DNA from: a virus
DNA: 64,000 bases
Virus record (IMG/VR): IMGVR_UViG_3300032116_000106
Coordinates: 19,682-83,681 of that record
Direction: 5' to 3' (one strand)
Within the stretch, counting starts at the first letter, position 1; each line of letters begins with the position of its first letter. A program made the translations under genes and the position numbers. Positions 39,278 through 49,856 of this stretch are shown one piece after another. The notes under the pieces were generated by a model. That model made no database searches and had not been told where the DNA came from. It saw only the letters and a program-made list of their open reading frames with translations.

Positions 39278-39508
39278 TTATCTTTTGGTTTTATCTGAAT
39301 ACTTTGATAAATCTACTTGCCCCTTTCTAGCTCCACTTAATACCTTATCATTTAAATTATAATCAGTATTACCTGTCAATGCTTTTGAAGTAAATCCTTT
39401 TACTGCTAATAATCCACCTACTTTAGTTTTTATGTAGTCGGTTATTTGGCTAGGAGCATTTTTCTCAGCCATTTTTGAATTTTTGTAAAGATCTATTATC
39501 TGTGCCAT
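39278..39508 (-). CDS. Small hypothetical late protein
   Basis: Preceded by its own TATTTATA motif. Confidence 0.7.
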   Translation of the reverse strand: MAQIIDLYKNSKMAEKNAPSQITDYIKTKVGGLLAVKGFTSKALTGNTDYNLNDKVLSGARKGQVDLSKYSDKTKR

Positions 39509-39524
39509 AGTTTGTTTATTTTTA

Positions 39525-39532
39525 TATAAATA
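39525..39532 (-). promoter_or_regulatory. Putative late promoter TATTTATA
   Basis: Exact motif 16 nt upstream of ATG 39508. Confidence 0.65.
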
Positions 39533-40960
39533 TTAAGTATCGAAACGAATAACGAAATTAATAGGATAATCTGGTGTAGATTTAGGTTTAGATGGTATTT
39601 TTGCCACCGCTACCATATCATAATTTTCATCATATAATCCAATAGTTGTAATATAAGGTGCTAAATAAGAACCCGTTGGGTCTATTGAGGAACTATATTC
39701 ATATTCATCAAATCCAATTTTTGTTGTTCCATTATAATCTGAAACCAATCTAAAATCCAAATTATATGCGTTTGTTGCCCCACTTACATTACCCGGTGTG
39801 AAAGGTATATATTTTTTTACATATACATCTCCATTATAAAATTTAGTAGCAGAAGGATTTGTGGAATAATTGAATTCATTAGGGTTTACTTCCAAAAATA
39901 ATTCGTTTTCATAGATTGTTTTAGTTGATTGGAATTTCATATCCCAATTACCATCATTTCCAAAGTTATAATTACTTTCTTGTTCTAATGTATCACTCGC
40001 TCTCTCAACACCATAAGTTAATACTATGATTCCATTTGAATAAAATATATTACCTATTGTAGTAGCAACATTATATTTGCTTAGTTCCAAAGGAAAGTTA
40101 AAATTACCTAATGCTGTCAATTCTCCCGATGATACATCAAACTTAAAAATTAAGGTTTCCGATGCCGGTCCACCGCTATAACTTAAATTAATACTTCCTT
40201 CATCATCTCCATCAGCATCACCCATATCAAAAGAAGTGATGGTTAATGTATAATATAAACCATCATTCATTAAAAATGTAGCCGTATTATTTTCTAAATC
40301 AAGTTGTGTTAAATCAACAAATGCTTTTCCTAAATAAAGTAAATTACCTTTTCCATCATCTACAATAGTTGAATCATCAGTATAGTTGGTTAAAAGTAAT
40401 GAATTTTTTTTAATTCCTTCTCCGATATATCTTTGTGGTATATTCCAAAATAAGAATCTATTACCTAACACTCTTTCAGTATTAGAAGCGTAATTATTCA
40501 TTTCTCCATACACCTTTGTAACATCAGTATATTTACCTTCAAAAATTATCCCCGCATCATCAACTCTATATGAATTACTATCCAAATATTGTTGAAATTC
40601 ATCGATGTATTTTTTATCTGATTGGCTATAATAATACTGAAATGCATTAGTAGTTGGGGTGGATAGGTTATTAGTAATGTTTACATTATATACTTTTAAT
40701 TGCTTAGCATTATGTTTTCTCAAATTCCAATTCGTTACAACTCCAATTTGTTTTGCTGAATTAGAATAAAATAATTGCTTTATACCTTTATATAAAGAAT
40801 ACTCTTTATATCCTGCTACCTCTCTATTCTCGCTATCCTCAAATGAACCCGATATATTTTCAACGGCATAAACAGGTGCAATAGAACTATCTATCGTCCA
40901 ATTTTTATAGACTTTAAATGGTCTTACCGTTATATCAGATTTTTGAATTGATTTAAACAT
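39533..40960 (-). CDS. Putative baseplate/tail structural protein (start reassigned to ATG 40960)
   Basis: C-terminal EFNYSTNP...YITTIGLYD...VAVAK shared with 41033..42274. The track's GTG start lies in a terminator hairpin. Confidence 0.7.
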   Translation of the reverse strand: MFKSIQKSDITVRPFKVYKNWTIDSSIAPVYAVENISGSFEDSENREVAGYKEYSLYKGIKQLFYSNSAKQIGVVTNWNLRKHNAKQLKVYNVNITNNLSTPTTNAFQYYYSQSDKKYIDEFQQYLDSNSYRVDDAGIIFEGKYTDVTKVYGEMNNYASNTERVLGNRFLFWNIPQRYIGEGIKKNSLLLTNYTDDSTIVDDGKGNLLYLGKAFVDLTQLDLENNTATFLMNDGLYYTLTITSFDMGDADGDDEGSINLSYSGGPASETLIFKFDVSSGELTALGNFNFPLELSKYNVATTIGNIFYSNGIIVLTYGVERASDTLEQESNYNFGNDGNWDMKFQSTKTIYENELFLEVNPNEFNYSTNPSATKFYNGDVYVKKYIPFTPGNVSGATNAYNLDFRLVSDYNGTTKIGFDEYEYSSSIDPTGSYLAPYITTIGLYDENYDMVAVAKIPSKPKSTPDYPINFVIRFDT

Positions 40961-40965
40961 ACACC

Positions 40966-40973
40966 TATAAATA
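40966..40973 (-). promoter_or_regulatory. Putative late promoter TATTTATA
   Basis: Exact motif just after the terminator, 5 nt before ATG 40960. Confidence 0.65.
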
Positions 40974-40981
40974 TAATAATT

Positions 40982-41004
40982 AAAAAAACCCACCGAAGTG
41001 GGTT
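40982..41004 (-). terminator. Rho-independent terminator with cUUCGg tetraloop
   Basis: Minus strand reads AACCCAC-TTCG-GTGGGTT then TTTTT, downstream of stop 41033. Confidence 0.9.
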
Positions 41005-41032
41005 CTATTAAAATTAAGGTTTAAAATTAAAT

Positions 41033-42274
41033 TTAAAAATCAAGTTTTACCTTAATCAACACCTCCTTATCGAAGGATTTCGCGATTGGTTGCGATGTTT
41101 TCGCAACTGCAATCAATTCGTTAGCATCGTTGTATAAACCAACTGATGTGATATATGTTTTAGGATCAGATTCAAATGAAGGTTCTCTAAATGTTCCATC
41201 AGAACCACTTACAAATGTAGGATTGTTTGAGAAGTTAAATTCTCTATTAGTCGCTCTTACAAAGAAGTGTTGAGTTGATACATTTTCAGTTCTTCTCATT
41301 TCAAAATCTGCTCCGCCTTTAATTGCGTTAAATAATAATTTTTGGTTATAAGTTTCAACCGAAGTAGATCCGGTTGTTGGTAATAACTCACTTCCCACTA
41401 CTGATGCTAATGCGGTTGGATTTAATAACATAATACCCAATTTAGGATAGAACTTACCAAATCCTTGTTGATTAGATGCGGTATATGTATTGATAGTTGC
41501 TGCTGCCTCAGTTCCAACATTTGTTGAACCAGAAACTATATTAAAAACAGTTCCTGCTTTACCAGCTTTATCAGAAAACTTCTTACCACTATCATCTATA
41601 AAATACCTTATTCCATTAGAACCGCTTAATGTTAATGTAAAATTACCCGCATCAGCCTGTTGTCTATATCTAGCTCTTGCTAAGTTAATAACATATGCAT
41701 GATCTATTTGGTAACCATCTTCAATTGATGCTGAATATACTGTAAAGTATTCATCAGCTTCACCTTCATAGTTATCATTCAATAACATTCTATATTGTGA
41801 ATAGATTGCTTTTGTTGGTAAAAGAGCAGAATCAGATGTTGTTAATTGAACCGAACCACTTGCGAACTTATGCCCGTAAGCAATCGCAAATTCAACAGGT
41901 GCAGATGATCCAGTGTTTGAACCAGTTAAGTAAACATTTAGATAATACTTCGATGCATCTGAACCACTGTGTCCTGCTATTGTTGTTGTAGAACCGGTCA
42001 CCATTGAACCATTTAAACTACCACTACCATTACTCCACAATCCTTCAGTTACTACTTCAATTTTATTTGAAATCTTATCAAACTCACCAAATTTTTTAAA
42101 AATACCTTGTGATAATACACCACCACTCGCCACACCCAATCTTTCATTAGGTGGCAATGATGCATTAATTATATTAGCAATCGCAGTTGCATCAATTACA
42201 CCCGCATTATCGATAAGATATTGGGATAATTGTTGTGTTACTGCTGCTCCTTGTGCTCCTGTAATTTGTGCCAT
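41033..42274 (-). CDS. Putative baseplate/tail structural protein
   Basis: C-terminal EFNFSNNP...YITSVGLYN...LIAVAK; lies in the structural block. Confidence 0.7.
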   Translation of the reverse strand: MAQITGAQGAAVTQQLSQYLIDNAGVIDATAIANIINASLPPNERLGVASGGVLSQGIFKKFGEFDKISNKIEVVTEGLWSNGSGSLNGSMVTGSTTTIAGHSGSDASKYYLNVYLTGSNTGSSAPVEFAIAYGHKFASGSVQLTTSDSALLPTKAIYSQYRMLLNDNYEGEADEYFTVYSASIEDGYQIDHAYVINLARARYRQQADAGNFTLTLSGSNGIRYFIDDSGKKFSDKAGKAGTVFNIVSGSTNVGTEAAATINTYTASNQQGFGKFYPKLGIMLLNPTALASVVGSELLPTTGSTSVETYNQKLLFNAIKGGADFEMRRTENVSTQHFFVRATNREFNFSNNPTFVSGSDGTFREPSFESDPKTYITSVGLYNDANELIAVAKTSQPIAKSFDKEVLIKVKLDF

Positions 42275-42290
42275 TTTCTATTTTTAATTT

Positions 42291-42905
42291 TTATGCTACA
42301 TAGTTTACTGTCACAGGAATAGAAACTGAACCCCCGGTCTCGTTTCCATAAACTGTCAAAGTTGTTACAACTGTTGCAGTAAGTGCAGGGTTTGGAATAA
42401 ATTCAAATGAAGTTCCTCTCCTAACATCAGCTGTTGCTGCTACTGAATCACTAACTGAAATTTGTCCCGTTGCTGCAACTCCTAAACCGATTAAAGTTCC
42501 TGCCGTCTTATCAGCTAAAACTGCGGTATATCCAGAAGTTGTATTACCTGCCGGTGAAGTTGTTGGTGAAATAGTAACTTTACCTCTCGTTTGATTTGTG
42601 CTAATGGAAGTAGTTCCAATAGATACCTGAGGTATTTTAGTTGTTCCTTTTGGAAGTGTTACAAGTTTATATTTTAAAACTTGTGTTTCATCTGGTGATG
42701 CTTCTAAAATAGGAATTGCTTTAATAGCCGCATCATAATATGCAGAACCTTTTGGGTGCGCTGCATCATACAATTGGTAATCAATTTCATCATCACCCAA
42801 TGCAAATTGAGTAATGTTTAACGATTGTCCCGCTGCTAATTTTTCTCTACCTTTTTTTGTAAGAATAGCATCTACAATTATGCTCGAATTATCTAAGTAA
42901 GCCAT
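42291..42905 (-). CDS. Putative baseplate/fibre-attachment structural protein
   Basis: AILTKKGREKLA...ITQFALGD resembles the N-terminus of the P2 gpH-type tail-collar domain. Confidence 0.6.
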   Translation of the reverse strand: MAYLDNSSIIVDAILTKKGREKLAAGQSLNITQFALGDDEIDYQLYDAAHPKGSAYYDAAIKAIPILEASPDETQVLKYKLVTLPKGTTKIPQVSIGTTSISTNQTRGKVTISPTTSPAGNTTSGYTAVLADKTAGTLIGLGVAATGQISVSDSVAATADVRRGTSFEFIPNPALTATVVTTLTVYGNETGGSVSIPVTVNYVA

Positions 42906-42933
42906 TTTTAATTATTTTGGTCTTTTTTTCAAT

Positions 42934-42941
42934 TATAAATA
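42934..42941 (-). promoter_or_regulatory. Putative late promoter TATTTATA
   Basis: Exact motif in the gap upstream of ATG 42905. Confidence 0.65.
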
Positions 42942-42968
42942 TATAACCTTTTAGTTTTACAACTTTTT

Positions 42969-45900
42969 TTAATCAACTTCCAAAATTGGTTCTCCACTTC
43001 CTCTTCCAGAAGGTGATACTCTCAATCTATTTGGATTAGTAACAAATACTTCAACAGGCGATGTTCCGTCTAAAGTAGTATCAGAAGTTTGCTTAGAACC
43101 CTCATAAAAACTATTTTCTAATCCCCTCGCAGTATCCTTTGTATATCTATAATGTCCGCTAGTATATCCATCAAATGGTTCAATAGCGGTTATTATTCCA
43201 TTTTTATATGGGAATACCCCCAATGCCGAACTTATATCAGTATAGAATGAGTGTGCAGTAGGAGTTCTAAACGCTCCACTTGCATTTTCATCAAATGGGC
43301 TTATTAAAACCATTTTTTTCTCAAATCTATATTTTAGTTCTAATTCAATTTTATCAGTAACTCCTAATTTAGTGGTATTGTATAGTGATGATGATAAACC
43401 ATTTTCAGTTACTCTTTTCGGAACATATCTACCATATCTTATTGTTAGGATATAAGCGTTATATCTTTCGGTTAATACTAATGTTCCATCTTCTCTAAAA
43501 TATGTTCTATCCAATGCACCATTTTCACCATAAAGACCGAATCCTAAATTAAAAGGTGAGTCTGCATCATTTCCTATTTGTTGGTATGAATCCTCTAAAT
43601 CATATTCTCCTACAATTGTTGCATTTCGTAATCCTGCATCAATTTTTATTTCAATGCCACCCATCGTTGAACCAGAATTGTAGATGATTTCCCCATCCAT
43701 TAATTCATCGGTTACCAATGTGTTACTTGCGGTATAGAAAATGTAATCCGAATTAATGCTCATCAACCCATCAACACTATATGAAGATGAATAGAATGGA
43801 GTTGTAACATCTAATTCTCTATCCAATTCTACATTAAGACTTCCAGTATGATAAGGAACATCTAAAGTTATTTGTTGCGTTTCAGTTACATCGATAGATG
43901 AATCATAATAAATTTTATCCGCTTTCGGTCTATTAATTTTTATCTTACTTCTATCTAATAAAGAAGGTTCAATTAATATACCTTTTGATACATTAGCTCT
44001 CGCAGGTATTACCTGTTCTAACATATCAAATAGGGATTTATCAACTGATTTTATCAATCGAATATATTCATCAAAGTTTAATGATGTTCTTTGGAAATAA
44101 TAATTTCTTAATTCAGTAAGACTTGAATAGGTATCAGTTCCATATTCATCTCCCCAATCACCTATATAATCACCTATATTTAATGCACCTAATGAACGAA
44201 GAATGTCTAAATTCAATTCTTTCACCGGTGAGAAAAATAATCCTAATCTATTTGAATCTATCGGTGCTCTATCAAATGCTTTTTTAGTAGCTCTTGCTTT
44301 ATATGATAATTGACCGGTTAATTCTATATCTTCTAATCTAACTTTATCTTTTCCAACGAATCCAATTTGTGGAACTTCTGCGGTTACAAATCTTTCATAA
44401 CTCTCATAGTGGTAAGGATATGTTGAAATTGATTGAGAAACAACTGCAATTACCGATGATGTATATGATGATGTTACCGGTGCCACATTCTTAATAGAGC
44501 CGGTTGTATAAAGATTTTTAGGGTATTCAAAATCTAAACGAAGTAATAAATCTTCGGTTGATGATGATATATGGTTTCCAAATATTACATCAGGATTTAA
44601 TGTATGCGAAGTTATTACCGATGATGATAAAGCGTTATTCCATAATCTAACTTCATCAATTGAACCTACTATTCCACTTGAACCACTTCCATTTACAATA
44701 AGTTTTCCACTATAATCAAATGGAGATCCAGTGTAGTAAGTGTTTCCATTTACATAAGAAGCAGATGATGATACTTGTAAAGTTAAAGATGCACTTTTGG
44801 CTAGTTTTATTCTATCACCATTCGCCTCTCTTAAATACATTTGGTATGTATCGTATAATTTACCAGAACTATCCGATGAAGTAGATTTTTGAACTGTCAA
44901 AAATTTAAATTCTCCATCGTATAGAGGTATATTATCTATACTCATACTACTCGTATAATTAGGTGTTAAATCTACATCTAATATATCAATATCAACTTTT
45001 GTATTTACTAATTCAAAATTAAGATTTCCGAATAATGCACTACCAGTTGGTTCTAAACTTACTCTCCAATAATTACTTCCGGAAACACCATATAATAATT
45101 GTGAATTAGTTTTGTTTGCCGTTTTAAATCTTAACTGAACTGCGTTTGGGACACCATTAATCCAAGGTATATCCAAATACTCATTACTCTTTAAATTTAA
45201 AAATACACTTCTATCTTCGTAAGTAAATTTAGTAGTGTCCGATGGATTATTAGATGGCCCACCAAATTCAATTATTGTTAATAAAGAAGATGGAACACCA
45301 TAACAAGCTAAAATAGCATTTATCGATTTTCTTGTACCCTTATGTTTTAATAAGTAAGGTAAGTTGTTTAGTATTCTTCTCCAAACTTGATTCTTAGCAG
45401 CTTCTGGTGTATAGGAGGTTGCAACATTATTACCTAATGCGTTTTTATTTGAATTAGATTGACCGTTTGGATTTAAACCAAATGCATAATTCCAAAGTTC
45501 TTTACCCGCAAATGGATTTTTGGGATCCCAACCAAAAGATTCCAATAATTCATAAACTAAATTATCAGATATACCATCGATTGATTTATTCTCAACTTTT
45601 TTAACTCTATTAATTCCATTTATATACCCCCATAGAATGTCAAAATGTTGTCCAATCATTTCAATAAAAGTTAGGTAATCTAAATTATCCGAACTTTCTT
45701 GAAGGTATTGTGGTATATGTCTAACTAAATAGTTTTTATTAGTTTTATCAAATACTTCTGCGTATATAGATTGTGATGTAAAGAATATATCGTTAGAAGA
45801 TGTGATAGAGAAATCTTCATACATCTTTCTTTCAAACCCATCAAATCCATTCTTTACACTTTTAATTTTATCGTTATAAGATGCACTTGTTAGTAAAGAA

Positions 45901-47714
45901 TTTGAAGAGGTTGATAATAAACTAGCTGAATATAAAGTTGTATCTATTTTATTTTCCCACTCTTCTATCGTTCCTATTTTATATTGGAAATTTTCAATCC
46001 TACTTAACGCACTTCCAAAATTTACAAAGTTTTCAAATTTTAAGAAATACTCACTCGTTTTACTACTACCACTTACATAATCAATTTGTAAATCTTCTAA
46101 ATTGAATTCACTTTGTGAAATGAATTTATTTACTAATTGAGTAGATGATAAACTACCGCTTGAAATTATTTCATCGAAGAATTGTAATCCGGTTTCTTGA
46201 ATTATATCAGTTCCGAAATTAGGTTTTAATGGAAGACATTTATCATCATCTTCGTCTGAAATAATAATTGATTCAACTATTGTTGGGATTATCTGCTTTG
46301 AAATCCAAACTTGCGTATTTAAATCAATAGTACCGGGTAGTGGTTCTAATAATTTAACAACTAATGTTCCATAATCTTTATATCCTAATTTCTTTCTAGT
46401 ACTACCACTTTCAGTATCTATTTCAAATTGTGTTTCAACAACTTTTCCACCAAATACTGAATAGGTTAATCTATCCATTGCAGTATTAGTTATTACAAAA
46501 GATTGGTCAGCTGATGTTCTTACTTGATAATAAAGATGTTTATCATCTTCGAAAACTATTTGGTCTTCGTAATTTCGTTTAGTTAATTCACCGGAAAATA
46601 ATTGTGCAAATGTGCTAGATATATCTCTAACCGCTGTTCCTTTATCTATTAAGAAAGGAGTTCTTTGAACGGTGATTGATACCTGTTCGGTTTTACCAAA
46701 TATTTTACCACCTATACCATTAAAATAAGGTCTAAACCCAAATGTAATTAAATAGGTTTTTTGTGTTTCGCTAAAATACTCTTTATAAAGATTATATAAT
46801 TCTTTTGCATTAAATGAAATTTTTGAAATACCTTTTGTTATTTCAAAATTTACTTCTCCTACTTTATTTTCTCCTAAAAATACCTCAATACCTTCTGAAT
46901 TTACTGCCTTTAAATCAAATTCAAAATTAAAATCTAATGGCCTTAAATCTGCCTCTATTATATTCTTATCATATATAATTTGAGTAACATCTGGCTCACC
47001 ATAAGTTTTTTCTCTAATTACATCGATAAAAGTTCTTAATTCATCTCTTTCACCTACCTGCCCATTACCTGCAATAATTACTAATTCAAATCTACCCAAT
47101 GCGTTTGGATTAGATAGATTTATTAAAACTTCATTATTATTTGGTGTTATTCTTTTAGAACCATTTTCATCAACTCCTATTTGGTTTGGAAAATAGTATC
47201 TTACGAATTGTGTTGAATTTGATACATTTACTTTAAGGATAAATTCCTGTGAGTATTCAGTATTCCACACATATCCTTGATTGATAGGTGATATGAATGA
47301 AGGGAATTCTCCGGTTTGAACTACGTCATAACTATCTACATCAATTCTATAATTTTTATCTATATCGGTAAAATCGAATGTATTTGAGGTGCTCTCCTCA
47401 ACCAATACATCGTTTTCATCATAAATTTTTATGCTTCTTATATTGTATAACGAACTATTCGCTCTTACAATTGAAAGTTTCGAATTTTTTTGTAATCTAA
47501 ATAGATTCGAATTGGGTATTTCTAAATTACCAGCATCGGTAATTACCCTTATTGAATTCTTTCCTAAATTATTTGTTACTCTTACTAAAACAACATCGCT
47601 AGATGAAGGATCAGATGGTGTTATAATTTCAGACACCCCAAGTTTCTCAAATGGAACATCCAATTGAAAATTAACCTGATTTAACGGTGGTATAAAATAC
47701 TCTCTTCTTTCCAT
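42969..47714 (-). CDS. Large baseplate wedge-like protein (P2 gpI/T4 gp7-like core plus LamG-like region)
   Basis: HIPQYL...FIEMIGQHFD...LLKHKGTRKSINAIL; GSIDEVRLW; VIPARA. Confidence 0.65.
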   Translation of the reverse strand: MERREYFIPPLNQVNFQLDVPFEKLGVSEIITPSDPSSSDVVLVRVTNNLGKNSIRVITDAGNLEIPNSNLFRLQKNSKLSIVRANSSLYNIRSIKIYDENDVLVEESTSNTFDFTDIDKNYRIDVDSYDVVQTGEFPSFISPINQGYVWNTEYSQEFILKVNVSNSTQFVRYYFPNQIGVDENGSKRITPNNNEVLINLSNPNALGRFELVIIAGNGQVGERDELRTFIDVIREKTYGEPDVTQIIYDKNIIEADLRPLDFNFEFDLKAVNSEGIEVFLGENKVGEVNFEITKGISKISFNAKELYNLYKEYFSETQKTYLITFGFRPYFNGIGGKIFGKTEQVSITVQRTPFLIDKGTAVRDISSTFAQLFSGELTKRNYEDQIVFEDDKHLYYQVRTSADQSFVITNTAMDRLTYSVFGGKVVETQFEIDTESGSTRKKLGYKDYGTLVVKLLEPLPGTIDLNTQVWISKQIIPTIVESIIISDEDDDKCLPLKPNFGTDIIQETGLQFFDEIISSGSLSSTQLVNKFISQSEFNLEDLQIDYVSGSSKTSEYFLKFENFVNFGSALSRIENFQYKIGTIEEWENKIDTTLYSASLLSTSSNSLLTSASYNDKIKSVKNGFDGFERKMYEDFSITSSNDIFFTSQSIYAEVFDKTNKNYLVRHIPQYLQESSDNLDYLTFIEMIGQHFDILWGYINGINRVKKVENKSIDGISDNLVYELLESFGWDPKNPFAGKELWNYAFGLNPNGQSNSNKNALGNNVATSYTPEAAKNQVWRRILNNLPYLLKHKGTRKSINAILACYGVPSSLLTIIEFGGPSNNPSDTTKFTYEDRSVFLNLKSNEYLDIPWINGVPNAVQLRFKTANKTNSQLLYGVSGSNYWRVSLEPTGSALFGNLNFELVNTKVDIDILDVDLTPNYTSSMSIDNIPLYDGEFKFLTVQKSTSSDSSGKLYDTYQMYLREANGDRIKLAKSASLTLQVSSSASYVNGNTYYTGSPFDYSGKLIVNGSGSSGIVGSIDEVRLWNNALSSSVITSHTLNPDVIFGNHISSSTEDLLLRLDFEYPKNLYTTGSIKNVAPVTSSYTSSVIAVVSQSISTYPYHYESYERFVTAEVPQIGFVGKDKVRLEDIELTGQLSYKARATKKAFDRAPIDSNRLGLFFSPVKELNLDILRSLGALNIGDYIGDWGDEYGTDTYSSLTELRNYYFQRTSLNFDEYIRLIKSVDKSLFDMLEQVIPARANVSKGILIEPSLLDRSKIKINRPKADKIYYDSSIDVTETQQITLDVPYHTGSLNVELDRELDVTTPFYSSSYSVDGLMSINSDYIFYTASNTLVTDELMDGEIIYNSGSTMGGIEIKIDAGLRNATIVGEYDLEDSYQQIGNDADSPFNLGFGLYGENGALDRTYFREDGTLVLTERYNAYILTIRYGRYVPKRVTENGLSSSLYNTTKLGVTDKIELELKYRFEKKMVLISPFDENASGAFRTPTAHSFYTDISSALGVFPYKNGIITAIEPFDGYTSGHYRYTKDTARGLENSFYEGSKQTSDTTLDGTSPVEVFVTNPNRLRVSPSGRGSGEPILEVD

Positions 47715-47718
47715 CTAA

Positions 47719-47726
47719 TATAAATA
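47719..47726 (-). promoter_or_regulatory. Putative late promoter TATTTATA
   Basis: Exact motif in a 15-nt gap, 4 nt before ATG 47714. Confidence 0.65.
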
Positions 47727-47729
47727 CTT

Positions 47730-48413
47730 TTATTGTATGTTTTCTCTTTGTGTTACATCCGCCAATCCATATCCAGCTCCTCTAAAATCAAGCGGATTAA
47801 CTTCTCTCATTCCACCTCCTCCTCCACCGAAGCCACTTACTCCTCCACCACTTCCATCGAATTGTCCGCCGGTTGTGTTTACAAATCCACTTCCTCCATC
47901 AGGATTTTCAGCGAACAATCTTCTTCTAGTATCATTTGCTTCGGTATCTGGTTCAATTATTTCTCTTCTTCTTATCAATCCTATTGGTTCACTTATTATA
48001 ACATCGTTAAATACATTACCATATTCATCTGTCTCTTTTATCACCACTTCATTTTCTTGATTTACTTTTGCTTGTAAAAGAAAAGATTTTTTTGCCTTAA
48101 CATTTGTTCCTATAAATGAAATTCTAGTTGGGTTTAAAATTTGGTAATCGAAAAATTTTAATGTAATCTTACCATTTTGAGATGAACTATCTGTCCACTC
48201 TGAGCCATTAACTAAAACTTTTGCTTGAATACTATTCCCACCTTCTTCCAAAAAGGTATTAAAGGTAATGTTTATTTCCCTCGCAGCAGATACGGGTGTG
48301 TAATTATCATTTCCTGCGGTTCTCCATTCATTTCCTATCCAAACATATCTTTCACCTAATTCATTAGTGAACATTTGTCCAGTATAATAACCGTTTCTAT
48401 TAGGTATTGGCAT
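47730..48413 (-). CDS. Hypothetical structural-region protein with Gly-rich tail
   Basis: ORF within the baseplate operon. Confidence 0.6.
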   Translation of the reverse strand: MPIPNRNGYYTGQMFTNELGERYVWIGNEWRTAGNDNYTPVSAAREINITFNTFLEEGGNSIQAKVLVNGSEWTDSSSQNGKITLKFFDYQILNPTRISFIGTNVKAKKSFLLQAKVNQENEVVIKETDEYGNVFNDVIISEPIGLIRRREIIEPDTEANDTRRRLFAENPDGGSGFVNTTGGQFDGSGGGVSGFGGGGGGMREVNPLDFRGAGYGLADVTQRENIQ

Positions 48414-48415
48414 TT

Positions 48416-49843
48416 TTAAAGTATATTTTCAACGTTATTTCTTTCGTAATCTCTTATGTAATCATCATTAGATGCTCTTTCAATTGTTAGGCCTCCCGCA
48501 CCACCTACTACTGGTTCTCCACCAACTTGAATTGGTTGTGATGGAGTTTGATAAGGGGATTGATATGGAACATCAAATTGAGTTCCTCTACCTCCGGCCT
48601 GATACATCATTTCTTCTTGTAACCTTCTTAATCTTTCTCTTTCTATATCCCCATCATTAGGTGAAGGTGATACATATGGATTCGATGGTTCAACGGTTAC
48701 CGCGATTGGTTCATTAAATGGTTCTTTTAAAACCGGTGTTTCTATAACAATCGGCTTATCACCCGGTATTACCGCAGGTATTATAGTTTTAGTTGTTGTA
48801 AATAAATCTTTAACTTCTGCTATTGTTGGAGGCTCTACTACAAATTTTTGAGTTTGTGGATTAGTTCTTGTCATATCTGATTTTAATGATTGAACTAATT
48901 CTTGTAATTTATCAATACTTTGTTGTGTAATGTTATCTAATTTAACCTCATCGGATAAAGTTCTCTTTGGTAAATGATAATCTACTGCCTCTTCAAACTT
49001 ATTGTTTAATAGTTTAACTATATCAGCTTTGTTATAGTATATAAAATCTATATCATCACCTAAATACGCGCCAAATGTATTACTTCCAATTGTAGAATTT
49101 TTGTGTAAAAGTGCATGTCTTACTGCTACTCTCATCGAATCCAACACTTTACTAAAAAATATTTCCCAACTATTAATACCGAATTCAGAGCCTAATTGTT
49201 CAATATATGCCTTTGCTTTTATCGATTGAAAAGTATTGTATAGTTGAGCAGGAGTTAATGCATTTAAAACCGCATCAATCTCCGAATACACTTCATCACC
49301 ACTAAATTTATTTAAAACAAAACTATTATAAGATTGATTAAGGTCTATTTTTGTATCTATATCCTCATTTGAAGTTTCATCAAAATTATCATAAGGGAGT
49401 AATCGTAATTCTAATCTTGTTGCAGAAATTTCTTGTATCCACATTTTATCTTTTTCAACCGAACTACCAACTCTATCGTTTACGAAGTTTAATTGAACTC
49501 TAAATACACCCACATTATATCCCGCTTCTTTTATTAGTTTTTTTATATCAACTAAAAATCCGCCACCATCTAATACTTTATCTAGAACATTTTCACTTTG
49601 AATTAAGTAATCATTTAATTCTTGCCCCTTAACATATCTAATTTTACCATAATCTTTTTGTTCTAATATATTGTTAGCAGAATCGTATAGTATAAATTCT
49701 AATACATCATTCACACCTAAATTAAAAGGAGTTGCCTTAAATCCTTGATTAATTAAAGCTAAATCAATAGGATTTAATTCAGTTGTAAGAGATGTTCCCT
49801 TATTTATTACCTCATCAATATTTTTAAATTGTTCTAATGCCAT
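48416..49843 (-). CDS. Hypothetical structural-region protein
   Basis: ORF within the baseplate operon; low-complexity C-terminus. Confidence 0.65.
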   Translation of the reverse strand: MALEQFKNIDEVINKGTSLTTELNPIDLALINQGFKATPFNLGVNDVLEFILYDSANNILEQKDYGKIRYVKGQELNDYLIQSENVLDKVLDGGGFLVDIKKLIKEAGYNVGVFRVQLNFVNDRVGSSVEKDKMWIQEISATRLELRLLPYDNFDETSNEDIDTKIDLNQSYNSFVLNKFSGDEVYSEIDAVLNALTPAQLYNTFQSIKAKAYIEQLGSEFGINSWEIFFSKVLDSMRVAVRHALLHKNSTIGSNTFGAYLGDDIDFIYYNKADIVKLLNNKFEEAVDYHLPKRTLSDEVKLDNITQQSIDKLQELVQSLKSDMTRTNPQTQKFVVEPPTIAEVKDLFTTTKTIIPAVIPGDKPIVIETPVLKEPFNEPIAVTVEPSNPYVSPSPNDGDIERERLRRLQEEMMYQAGGRGTQFDVPYQSPYQTPSQPIQVGGEPVVGGAGGLTIERASNDDYIRDYERNNVENIL

Positions 49844-49856
49844 TTAATTTATATTT

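Noticed and set aside
40961-40993. Track start at 40993 (MGFFNYY...)
   Set aside because: It lies inside the terminator hairpin and upstream of the late motif; ATG 40960 is preferred.
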